The translations under genes were made by a program, and so were the position numbers. This document shows positions 24,361 through 36,400 of a stretch of 64,000 bases of DNA, piece by piece. Numbering within the stretch: position 1 is the stretch's first letter; every line of letters begins with the position of its first letter. The notes below the pieces were generated by a model that worked only from the letters and a program-made list of their open reading frames with translations, searched no databases and had not been told where the DNA came from. Source of the DNA: Eukaryota sp. TZLM1-RC. Lineage: Eukaryota > Protista > Metamonada: BaSk clade. The DNA lies in contig JAUPSS010000004.1 of the NCBI GenBank assembly GCA_040285825.1, forward strand, positions 5,175,784-5,239,783. Reading direction: 5' to 3'.

Positions 24361-24669
24361 TAAAATATTTTGTTGTGTTTATTGTATCTAATATCTGTTA
24401 GCCTTGGATAATATTTATAATAGTTTATTAATAGTTTATTAATAGTTATTGTATCATTGCGCCCATGCGCTTAAGTTGAGGGAAATCCTCTTTCCCTTGT
24501 AATAAATTACTTTACATTTCAGGTATACTATGTCTAACCCCCGCAGATCATCAATACGTATTGTATCACCTTTCAATGGTTCCAATGACACATCGGAGAC
24601 TGGTAGGACTGATCCTCCTACGTTTCACATTTCGAGTTCTTCCTCCCGAACTCCTCAGTCGGGAACAGA

Positions 24670-26121
24670 ACAACCCAGGTTGTTATTTAGGCAATTTTGA
24701 TGAAATTCGAAATCAACTGTCCCCTCTTTTGGATAGTTTTGAAGAGGAATTGATTGTTCTTTCAGATTTAAATATTGAAAAACATCTTGAATTTTTCTTC
24801 CTCAGAATTTGTTATTCAGGGAAATTTACTCATATCCTACGTTCAACAACACGATCTATATTTCTCGAATTTTGCAGAATTTTCAATGAATCAAGAACAA
24901 AATTTTTGGCTAATTTGCTGGACATTGATTTTTATTTACGCCGTCATATTTTTTGTAGCACAGAATTGGGAGGCCTGGAATTTCACAAATCTAAATATTT
25001 GTGTAAAGCTGTATTTATCGGTGGAAGCAAAAATTTCGTTTTTGAATTTTTGAAACGCTTTCCTGAAAACCAACATTTAATAGAATATTGTGTTAGCGAC
25101 TATTTAGTGTCCATGCAGAATGAAATTGAATGCATCTCTCCTCACATATGGTTCAAATGCTTTCTTGCTGATATTCAAGAAATTCCACTCAGCAGTTTGA
25201 TTTCCTTGAAATTTACATATGCTAAATAGCAGAAAAAGATATTGAAAGTTTTTGAAAACTTGGATTTCACTTTTCGTCTTAGCTTGACTAAAGAAAAGAA
25301 TCCCGTTTTTGCAAACTTTTCAATTGATCAAAAGGAAAGTAACTCAAGTTGTCTCATTTCCCAGATTCCAAATGTATATGGTTTATTATTAAATGATCAT
25401 CAATGGACAACTGCCTTCAGGATGTGGTGTTTTCTGTGGCCATGTAGAGTGCCAAATGATTTGATTTGTCTTTGTGGTCAGCTCATCAATCTGAATTATT
25501 TATTTAATTGCAAATTTCATATTACATATCGCTCAGTTGTTTACGATGCTGTTAGAGACCAACTATACGCTATGTGCAAAAGTCATCATATTGAAGCTTT
25601 TGTTGAACCACTTGTGCGAAGGTTGTCCTCTGAAAATGAAGATGAAAATACTTTTGGGAAACGCCGTGCTGATTTAATCACCCCTGGGTCTGATGGTGTG
25701 CTCAAAGTTGTTGATGTTGTCACTGATGATGTTTGTGAAGACTCAGCAATTGATTTTGCTAAAAAAATGAAACTCCACTTTGCCTTGCTGAAAAGAAAAT
25801 CAAAAAAATACAATGAACCCTTATCTCAGCTAGGATGTGTTGAGCATTTCAAGTATCAGCTGGTTCCATTTGCTGTTTCTCTTTTTGGTGACATTGGAAT
25901 ATCTGGCATTAAATTTCTCGAAGGATTCAGGAGTTTATTAACAGAAAGAGCAGGAAAAGAATTGAACTTCAATTTCTGGCACAATAGAATTGTTTTCAGT
26001 ATTTTAAAGCAATTCCCTAAATGATAACCAAAGCATTGTGACAATTAGGAATAGAGTATGAAAATCGCGCACTCAAGAAATTTGATGATGTAGATGCTTG
26101 TATTGAGGATATTGAGTTTAG
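24670..26121 (+). mobile_element. Decayed 5'-truncated CRE-like non-LTR retrotransposon
   Basis: LRICYSGKFTHILRS, GGL, CLCG..C zinc knuckle, RS..YDAVRD, RRADL, VDV, KY, PFAVSLFG, FWHNRIVF, IEDIEF*. Confidence 0.88.
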
Positions 26122-27264
26122 TATTTTTTTTGTTATTTAGTTTGCGTTTCAAAACAAAAATTTTTTTCAAAGAAGAAAAAATTATTTACTTTATTTGTAT
26201 TTGCAACGGAAAACGTTTGCCAATTTCAGACATATTTCGTGTGATATCTGAGTGACGTGAGAGCCGATGCTTGAGATTTTTCCTTGGAATTGAGTGCATT
26301 ACGCCCAGAAAGAAGATTGTCATAGAATAGAAAAAGATCGAAGGTGTATGGCATTGATGGGGAGGTGTGAGATGAGGTGGTTGTTAACTGGTGGGGTGTT
26401 GCGAATTTGAAATTCAGTCCCCAAATGGCAAAACAGTATCATTTCAATCTCTCCCTGCAAAGTTGTTTGCTCTTCTCCTAAGCATTATTGACTATAACAA
26501 TGCCAAAGTTAAACCTTGGATCAACTCTAAATATTTTGAACAAGCAACTCCCGTCTCGTAAGATTTTGTGTCCCAAACATGGACTGCAAACGACTGGTCA
26601 TCAGATCACACAAGGCTCTGATGCAGGGAAGACCATATACACATGTCCCCATTCCGAGAAATGCATCTTTATCATGTTGTCTTAGAGTTGTTTTGTCCCT
26701 TCTGCCTTTTGGAACTCATATAAGGCAGGTTTGTTACCTTCATGGTTACAACATAATCAACCCAAGTCTTTACCATTAACGTTTCTGTGGTTATTGTCGT
26801 TTTTGTCACCTTCAAGCAACACCATTGAACCAAATCCTACCAACCAAGCTGTTCCGGTAGGGTGTAATGAGGCACCAAAGTCAGCAAGACTGTTCCATTT
26901 GCCCAATTACTCAAATAAACTTTAAACGTGTTGTTTGCATCTTTTTGTTATTATTTCATGATAGATAGTGTAATTTCTTTGTCTGTTTTGAAGTATTTTA
27001 CTCGGTATTTCCTTTCCTTTGGTTTAATCTTTCTTTTAAATTTTTATTGTTGATTCAGATTGTTGCTCTTTCTGGTGGATGCTACACTTGCTTTAACTAA
27101 TTTATAAATTGAGATTACCTCTTGTTTTGTCAAAATCGTGTAAATTTACATGCATCAATATAGTTCATAATTATTTTTAGTTCACATCATGGTCAATTGA
27201 TTGTACTATCCTGAACACAAGCCAATTCATGTGCTTATAACCAATGCTGCTTTCAAAACAAAAA

Positions 27265-29635
27265 CTAGCTTAATTTTGACTGACGAATCTGACGCTCATT
27301 ATCGATACAAGTCATTATTTTAGTCAATTCTGTGAGCTCTAATGGTTTATTGAGGAAGAAACTAGCTCCAGCATTCAAGGCTTCACTCAGTGCCTTTGAG
27401 GGTTCAGCTGACAGAACAATTATTGGTACTCTCGTCTCTGCTTTTGCTTGATCTTCCCATTCTCTTATGATTGTTATCGCCTCTCGACCATCCATTTTCG
27501 GCATACGTAAATCAGTGATTAAGGCAAAAATATCATCATAAAATTCCTTAACTTTTTCACACAGCTCAACACCATTTTCTACTATTATTACCTACAGTAA
27601 GAATAAAATCAATGAAACAAACGTTGAAGCCAAGCTTTTTCCCAAGCATTAGTTGCATTAAACGCTGACTGGCTTCATTATCTTCGGCACAAATGACCAG
27701 TCTGTCTTGAAACAAGGTAGGAGCGATTGGTGGAAGGGAAACAATATCTAGTTTTTTTCGTTGCAGCAAAACATCACTCAACAAATCAACCCATTTGTCT
27801 GGCTGAATTGGCCAACGGAGGACTGGAAACTGATTTGCCTCTAGGGATGCTATAGTAATTTTCTTCCTAGTTTGATCAGCCATGAAGCACACGGACACAT
27901 TACGGAACATTTTGTCAGTAGATAATGTCACCATTGATTCAAGAAACGTAAAGGGTTTGTCCAATATACATATATCAAAAGAGGCACGTTTCAGTAGTTT
28001 CAGTAGTTTGGCAAGCGAAGAACAACTACTGTCAGGTTCAACTGCCATGCCCCACTCCCTTAACTGAGCCGCTACCGAGTCAGCTCGGCTTTGTTGGTCA
28101 GAGACCAGGAGCACTGATTTCCCTTCAAATGGAGAACTCAAGTGTTTCTTAATAGAAAGCTTCAATGTAAAGTAGAAGATACTACTCACATTTTCTTCAG
28201 ATTCAAAACTCAATTCACCATTTAATAGCTCGCAAGCAAGCTTTGCAATGGTTAAACCTAATCCGAGGCCAGGAGTTCTATTCACTGTGTCTGGGATCGA
28301 AACAAATGGTTCAAAGATATAAGGTTGATATTTGCAGGGAATACCAATGCCAGTGTCCTTTATCATGAATTTAACTTCTGCAGAATTACCATCATTAGAA
28401 ACACAGTCTGCACTTAGGGACACGTTGCCATTGTAAGTATTCTGGACAGCATTGGTTAGTAAACATACTAAGATCCGTTCAAGGTGATAGTGGTCCAGCT
28501 CTAGGACAGAGTGGCATATCAATGAGGTGAAGGTATTTACATCAATTGGATTTATCTGAATCATATTTGATACAACATCCAAGACCCTACCAACAACAAC
28601 ATTAATACTACAGGCTTCAGGTATAATTGCTGCTGAGGAAGCTTTCAATTGACTCACTTCAAGTACATTGTTAATGTGCATAGAGAGAATATCAATGCCA
28701 CCACGGATTAAATCAAAGAATTCAAGAACTTCGGGATCAAGCTTTTCTGGTTCAATTAGTTCTAAGGAACTATAAATGCCAAACAAGGGAGTCTTGAGTT
28801 CATGAAATACTGATGAAAGAGCTTGGTCTTTGATTTCTTGAGCTGTACTGGTACTACAATGTTCAACATCAATATGAGGAACAGGGAGGGAAGATTCAAG
28901 TTCCACAGAAACACGTTTTACAAATAGAATTTTGTAGAAGTAATCTTTATGAAAGGAGCAAATGACTCTGAAATACAATGTTCCATGCTGAAGATGTAAT
29001 GTTAATGGAACACTGCTATCCTTGGATCGCTCAGAGTCTTTCATCAGCTTCTCCTCCATCAGCTTTTCTTCAAGAATTTGGGCATCTGTGGGAGAACAGC
29101 ACTCTTGTTTCAGCATGTCTATCAATGAGGAAAAGGTTTGGTATTGGGACACGTGCGTTACGTGGGACAATACCCCTGTCAAGGTTTGCTGAAAAGGTAG
29201 GGATATATAGTCCATGTCACCTTGATGTCCTACGACACAGCAGCCTTCTCCAGTAAAATCTAGGGCCTTTGAAAGTTGGTCAATCTTGCGTTCAAGGGAA
29301 AGTATTTTGAGTTGATAGGATGCATCATGGGCCAAAAGAACGAATCTTTTCCCTGGCAGAAGCTCTACAATCTTCAACTCAGTGTATTTATTGTCTCGTG
29401 AAAGTAGAAAGGTATCATGTGTATAATGATGCAAATCCGTGCTATCACGAATTCTGTAGAGAATCTCCCTTAGCTTAGTAAGGGTTGGGGCTGAAAAAAC
29501 TGATGGGAACAAATTTGTGAGATTCTTTGTCCCTTGTTGATCAATTCCAAGTAGAGACAGCATTGATGACGATATGCTTAACACATCAAGGTCACTATTG
29601 CAAACAACATAAGTGAGCCAATCGGGATAGAGCAT
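27265..29635 (-). CDS. Hybrid sensor histidine kinase (PAS-like N-terminus, HisKA, HATPase, two receiver-like domains); intron 27592-27622
   Basis: HELKTPL H-box, NA N-box, DTGIGI, IFEPF, GLGLGL, then AEDN. Removing the 31-nt GTTTGT...TAG intron gives GFN|VIIVENG...ITDLRMPKMDG...LSA...FLNKP. Confidence 0.93.
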
Positions 29636-29789
29636 GATGATCGTTGAAAATAGGGGGATCTATCAGCTGTAAACATCTGTCTGTCTGCTTGGAACCACCT
29701 GAACAGATGTATCCAATGTCAACGCTCATCGCATTTCATTGTCTATTGCATCTTTTACGTTCTATTTCCGTGTGGATATATTAACAAAC

Positions 29790-30180
29790 AATACCTGATA
29801 TTCACATATTCAGGCCTTTCATTACGACTCATTCTTTCATCAGCAATTGCAAACACATTAATGTATGTGAGCTTGTTCTGATGATACAGCTCACTTTAAC
29901 CATTGATACACAATTTACAATTATCTTTTGCAAGCTAATACACCATGACATGTAGTAACGAGAGTCTTTTCTCTCTTATAGAATCTGGGATTGTTCAACG
30001 TCAAAAACCTTTCAACCTTTTCAAAACATGTTTTTTGGTGAAGTGAAAGCTTCGGAAACACTTCCTTTCAAAAATCAAAAATTGGATCCATCGAAGCAGT
30101 CGTTCAGCTCGTTCATGTTTTGAACTAGGTTGATCATCTAAATTGTTTTTACCATAATGAATCAGCGTTTTTCTTCAGGA
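29790..30180 (-). pseudogene. Fanzor C-terminal remnant (RuvC-II/ZnF/RuvC-III), same family as 43.2-43.8 kb
   Basis: Reverse complement aligns by eye with 43360-43750 (EAFTS, NPRFY, TCHG, NK...N.FAIA..R...NERP). Confidence 0.8.
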
Positions 30181-30959
30181 GACATGAGCAACATACAAAA
30201 CACAATATTTCTTCTCTGCTGGGAAGAAGGGTTCATTGTAATCTTCCTCTCCGTGTTCCGTTTCCTCATTCTTCAATTCAACTTATTTCTCTCCCAAAAC
30301 TTTCATGTTTGATAGGTTAGAGTTAATGTTCTTCACAGCAACCGAATAAATAATTTTGATTAATCAGATTGTACCTAGAACTATCCAAAATACTTTCAAA
30401 CTTCCTAGGACTGTCTAAGTTCAGTGAAGATTACAAAACAGTTGATTAAAACTTTATTTATATACTGGTTAATCATAATTATTCAATACTACAGAAACAC
30501 AAACCTGAAAACACTATTAGATTCAAAAAAATACCATTTTTGCACTATTTCAGAAATCACCAAATTTGGAATTGCAGTGAAAAACGAGATAGTTGGAATT
30601 TAAGTCACTGTTTTACTTGCATCTTCATTGAGTAATTGAGAGAGCACAAACAGGCTCTGCTACGATGTTTTGACATTAATTATTTGTTTTGTATTTATAA
30701 TTTATAAATTGAAATTTAGAATAGTCACTTCAGAGATGGACTGTAGGTTATAAGTAAAACCAAATGTGTACAAAGTTAATTGTCGATGAGCCTCTATTGA
30801 ACAGAGCTGTACCATGTTTTACTAGAGGTGATAAATAAGTAAGGGCTGGGAAAATGAGATAATCCATTTTTGGGTTCCTTTTATTGAGAAAACCATTATG
30901 GGCATATTGATTGTACACTTCCATACATATGAGAAAGACACCTGTACGTTGATACCTGT

Positions 30960-31368
30960 ACGCTGTTTTACAATTTCAACAAAATCATCCATGAAAGATA
31001 AAGCAAGTCGTCCAAGCGTGCCATGTACGGAAACAGCAATTGGACAAAGGACAAAATGAGTATGCGATTCAGTATTCAAAATAGCAACTTTGCTTTATAT
31101 TTATTAATATTAGTGTTTTCAGCAACAGAACGTGGATTCTTGTGTTTTGACTGAGCTAATGGTATAAGGTAATTATCACACACATCAATGGATCTTACAT
31201 CAGTAATGATAGTCGTCCCTGCAAGACCTTCAAGCATTAAATCACCTCTATGTCGACCAAAAAAATTCAAAGTATCTTCATCAACCAAACGAGAGAGTAA
31301 AGGTTCTAAATAGGAAACACTTTTGTGTAACATTGACATACAGTAGAGAAAATTTTTAACTGTATCAT
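30960..31368 (-). mobile_element. CRE-like retrotransposon RLE fragment
   Basis: EPLL..RGDL..TDVRS.D..AEN..KY..CPIAVSVHG; paralog of 50591-51304. Confidence 0.85.
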
Positions 31369-31457
31369 TGTTGCCTTAAGTCGTGAAGTGAAGATAGTGA
31401 ATGAGGTAAAGTTGATTTATTTTGCTTTTATTCTATTTAAGCCTAAAGGTGCCAACG
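31369..31457 (-). mobile_element. ~89-bp mini-element (diverged copy)
   Basis: tgttgcc...gttgatttatttt...aagcctaaaggtgccaac is similar to the reverse complement of 50879-50968. Confidence 0.65.
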
Positions 31458-32011
31458 CTACTTCTTCCCATTTTCAAAAATAATTATTCTCCAACCAATA
31501 AACTAATAACTATAAAAACTATAAATATACAAAATACTAATAACTAAAAACTGATGTTTTCTATTGTCTATTTTTATCTCTGCGCTGAATGGAATTCACA
31601 CAAACACCGGTTTTACAGTTTTAAGTTTGACCATTGATGTACTTTGACTCGTGCACAATGATTGTGAATGGAGTAGTTAGCAGTAACTACAAAACGCTCC
31701 CAATTCAGATATGTGTGTTTGGTTACTTTGTTGAGTATGAATTAATCGTTTTCTAAATACGCTCTGCTTTTGGTTTTTTTCGTGAACGAGTAACGTAGTA
31801 GTGTCGTTTAGTGAAGGTTCATGGAATCGAATAGTGGACTTGTTGATGATTATACAGGGACTATGTTGGACTAAAAACAACAAAGTAACAAAGTTCAAAA
31901 ATCTGAAGGCGGTGTCTTTTGTTGTTAAAGTACTGCTTTTTCAACTAAAATTGTTAAAGGAGCAGCATTCGTATCTTTTTTTGTAGTACATTGATAGCGG
32001 AGATGGAGTCC

Positions 32012-32500
32012 CTACTCGTAACTTGGTATGTAGTCGACTTTTTTGTGTTTGGCTCTATAAAGGAAAGAGCTGCTCGAATAGACAAAAGTACATTGACTAG
32101 AGGTAAGGCTCTGCGTTCTTGTTAAAATTTTGTAGCATCCATCACTGGTGTCATCTTCCTCTTCCATGTTTTTCAGTTGAACATGAACTTCATCATACTC
32201 GGCTAGAAAGGTTAAAGTATGAAGGGTGGGATTTCCATCAGTTTCCTTACTAGATTTTACATAAGGGAGAGGAGAGGAAGATGGGTCCGTTCTCTTGGCC
32301 ATTTTTGACTCTGAAGGTTCTACTTCCTTCGTGAGGGGAGAGGGAACCGGGTACCTTTTCGTTACTTCTCTACCCAAATTTGGATCAAAAGGAGAAGTGG
32401 GATCCGTATCCGCGCATGATTTTTTGACATCTATTTTTGCAGAAGAAAAGACCTCGTCCGTCCTTTCGACTTCTCTTTTATTGAAGGAGGAGGTGGGCAC
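32012..32500 (-). CDS. Hypothetical protein or fragment
   Basis: 162-aa hydrophilic ORF with a non-ATG start; no family recognised. Confidence 0.3.
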   Translation of the reverse strand: MPTSSFNKREVERTDEVFSSAKIDVKKSCADTDPTSPFDPNLGREVTKRYPVPSPLTKEVEPSESKMAKRTDPSSSPLPYVKSSKETDGNPTLHTLTFLAEYDEVHVQLKNMEEEDDTSDGCYKILTRTQSLTSSQCTFVYSSSSFLYRAKHKKVDYIPSYE

Positions 32501-32619
32501 CGGGTCCGTTACCTCGTCTTCCTAATGATTGTGTTGTTACTGTTGCTGATGCATGCTGTTAGAAGTATAAGGGTCCGAGACATCTTTCTGAAAAATGTCT
32601 GACATGCTGGTGATACCTG

Positions 32620-33150
32620 GTGATTGTTACTGTAATGTTAATGGAATTAAACCTGATCGTATATGCCCCATTGCCATTGGTGAATCTTTATCTCGTTTAT
32701 TAGCATCGATTTTTTTTGATCGTGTCAAAGACAAAGCTTCTAATTTTTTAAATCCTCATCAATTTGGAATAAAAACAATTGATGGTGCTTCTGTTGATGA
32801 TCTTGCCTCTGATACTTCTTTTCAATTCAGAGGATAATAATTTTATTTTTAATCTCGACATCAAAAATGCTTTTAATTCTGTGAAACAAAAAGCAATTTT
32901 TCAAGTAATTAAATCTAATTTACCTGGACTTTCAAGTTTTCTCTACCACTTTTATGGTAAAGAATCAGATTTAATATTTAATTTATTTGGTTTTCAATCA
33001 TTATCCGGGGTAAAACAAGGTGATCCTTTTAGCCCTTTATTTAGCTGTTCACAAAACTTTAAATATCATTAAGCAAAAATACCCTTCCCTAAAAATAGTT
33101 GCTGATATGGATGATATATCCCTGATTGGTTCATTTGATTTACTACATCG
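32620..33150 (+). mobile_element. Reverse transcriptase fragment of a CRE-like non-LTR retrotransposon
   Basis: PIAIGESLSRL, HQFG, DIKNAFNSV, GVKQGDPFSP and ADMDDI, with frameshifts. Confidence 0.9.
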
Positions 33151-33484
33151 CAATTCCAAGGACAAAGCAATGGAACTGGCAGGCCTTGTTTCAACAGGAA
33201 TTTTGACAGGGGGTCTCAAGGTATCTGAAGCAGTCTACACAAGATTTGCAAAATAAAATCGGCTGACCATTAACCGACTCAGTTAAAGCTTTTGAAGAAA
33301 AAATAAGAATGTGAGAACTCGGAACTCGACCATCATGATCAACGTTAGATACAGATAAAAAAATCAAAATTTAATTCCTCAATTCTTATTGTGAGCATTA
33401 GCTTAACTTTGTTTAGAAAACTGAAAAGGTGAAGTTGTTGGTGAACATTGTTACTGATATACTACAAGAAATTTATTAATTATA

Positions 33485-36400
33485 CTATACACTTAACAAA
33501 TCTTCAACATACAATAATTCACTCAAAGAAAAGTTTGCATACTCCGCTTCTTCTTTTTTCTTTTCAGCAAGTGATTGATACTTTCCAAGTATAAAACGTG
33601 CAGAAAACATTTCCCTCAAAGTTAATTCATTTTGATTAAAATTAAATCTTTTCATTGCTTTATACCTTTTCTTCTGGCTAAATTTGATTGTTTTTTCTAT
33701 ATCTTTTGGTATATTTATCGTTGAAGGTCCTAATAATCTGATAATAACACTTGGTAACAAATCATAAATACAAATATACATGGTTTTTTCGTCTCCTAAT
33801 CTATTGTATAGAGGAACGTCTAATGATCGCAAGACTGTATTAACAACTTCTATATTCCTACTAGGGCTTAGAGGCGGTTTTAAAGCACAAAATAGTTTTT
33901 CTAGTTTAGAAATTTCGATAAAACCAAGGCCATCTGGATCTAAATCACTCCAAATACACATGAAATCCGAAACATCAGAAGGAGCTACAGTTGCGTGTAT
34001 ATCCTTAGATGCAGACACATAAGCATCGACAACAGCAGCAGAAACTAGATTAATTAAAATAAACTTTCCAATATAAATTAAAGGAATAAAAAACATTATT
34101 GATAAAAAAGTACCATGGCAATTGGGATTATCGGCTGGACAATAAGCCGAATTAAGCATTACCCCTTGCCATTCCTCCCCAGAAGTGGCGCGAATGAGAG
34201 TAAACATAGTAGAGAAAAACGTTCTAAAATGAGTAATTGGCTCAAAAAGACCATGTTTGACGATATTTGTAGGTATACTACCAAAGAAATTCATTCCAAA
34301 AACAGCAAAAACAAAATAAAAAACAAAAGACACGGTAAACACCCCAAACAAAGCAGGCAAAGCAACCCTGGTTGTTCTGATTATTTTTCGTATAGAAACC
34401 AATTTTTTTGAAAGGCGAACAATTCTTAAAATCCTTAATGTTCTGAATAAAATAACAAACGATCCCAATGAGGAATCTGAAAGAAGGGTAACAAGTGTGA
34501 TTAAAACAACAAATAAGTCAAACAAATTCCAATTATCAACCCAAAACATTCGGCCTAATCCAATCATTTTGATTGTGATTTCGATTGCGAAAATGATTGT
34601 GAGAATATCGCCTAATAGTGTAATAAAATTCGTGAATTCTAGACCCATATCAGCATGATAAGACGCTAATAAAAGGGAATTAAAAACAATAAGTAAAGTT
34701 ATTATTGGTTCAAAAAACTTGAAGTTACATAAATTAAAACAAAACTTTTTAATTAAACTTGAATTACTTGACGGTCGAATAGGGGTACAAATGCTGTTTG
34801 TAACACTATTCAAAACCAATCTAGCACGACGAACTTCATCAGTATCACCAGAAAGGTCTCTCAATTTTGCCGCAGTGTCAGAAAATTCCTCAGTTAAGAG
34901 GGAGATAAAAACATTTGCAACTACCCAGAAACCAAGAATGATAAAGCAAACAAAATACAGTAGAGATCCGAGATCATTTACATAATGTCTGAAAGCCAGG
35001 GGTAGGTATTCCTGGGTGGAAAGGGAAAAGAGGGAATAAACAGCTTGGTAAAGGTTATCAAAACCAATTAATAATCCAAATTCGTAATTTCCTTGCATAA
35101 AAGGAAGTCCACCAAAAATGAAAACTCCGACTATGCCAAAAACAACTAAAAAGATGACAAACAGTAAAGTTGCATTTAGGATCGAAGGAAAAGCCAAAAC
35201 TAGCGACTGGGAAACCAACTTTCCGCTTTTGGAAAGAGACAACAATCGTAGGGGTCGGAGTGCTCGAAGTGAACGAACAAGGTAGAGTGATGAATCAATG
35301 GGTATAACTACTTCTAGAGAGGTTATAATAATAATAATAGAATCAAATGCAAGAAATGGTGATTTAAAAATACCATTAACTCCAAATAAGGATAAGGCAA
35401 TTGAATTAACAAAAAACTCAATTAAAAAAATCAATGCAATAATGTTTAGAATTATCTGCGAATAGGCTCTTGACCAATGACTAGGGTCGACATCAGGCTG
35501 TTCAAGTGCCAAAATAATGCAAGAAATAAAAACAAATAAATAAATAATGAAATTAAATACTGAAGAATTACTTAATTTGAGACAGAATCTACGGACTGGA
35601 TGGTCAATATGGAAGAATTTAAGAGAATATTGGGCCTTCTCGTCAGGACTTGGCTTGACTTTGATTGACTTTCTTGAGTTTTCCAGGTCAATGACGTTAC
35701 CCTTAGAATCGATACGGTCACAATCAACCTGGATTGATTGATCTTGAACTTGATCAGCTTTTCTAGCATCCACAAAGTTAACTATAATAATGCCAATTAG
35801 TAGATTAGTTAGTAAAAATGAGAAAACTATTATAATTGTAATGAAGAATAACCCCCCAATTAACCGATCCTTGGCAAAATCCAAAGTTTCAGCGCTTAGT
35901 CTGTCCCAAGCTTCACCAGTTGCTGTTAGCCAAGTATTTTCTAAAGATTTAAAGAAATTGAAAAAATAGAAACTATTTGGATCATTCAATTCAGAAATTT
36001 TAGCAGAATCAAATATTTCAACGCCAATAGCGCTGAAGATGAACAATAAAATAATTAGAATAGTAATAAAAGGAGCGAGTTGCTTCATTGATGCCGCGAT
36101 TGTGGATAATAGACGATGAAAAGATTTCCAAGATCGAGAAAGAGAAACAATTCTCAACACACGGATCAACCTGAAAACTCTTAACACGGAAAATCCTTTG
36201 AATTGGGGTAAATGAAGAATCAACTCTAGTAAAGCAAATGAAACAACAATTATATCAAAAGCATCGAAAAAAGAATTTTTAAAGTGTTTAATTAAACCAC
36301 CAGTACATCCAATGCGGAGAAGAACTTCAATAACAAAAAGAATTGTAATGATTTTGTTGACAACGGCTAAATTATTTTCCAATTGCTCGCTCATATTATA

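Noticed and set aside
24625-24668. Hammerhead ribozyme on the minus strand (CTGAGGA-stem-GAAA)
   Set aside because: Stem II is out of register with the core, stems I and III were not found, and the 40.3-kb copy lacks GAAA.
26488-26685. TFIIS/Rpa12-like zinc ribbon (CPKHG...SDAGKTIYTC)
   Set aside because: Lacks the CxxC pairs and the RSADE motif; too weak to call.
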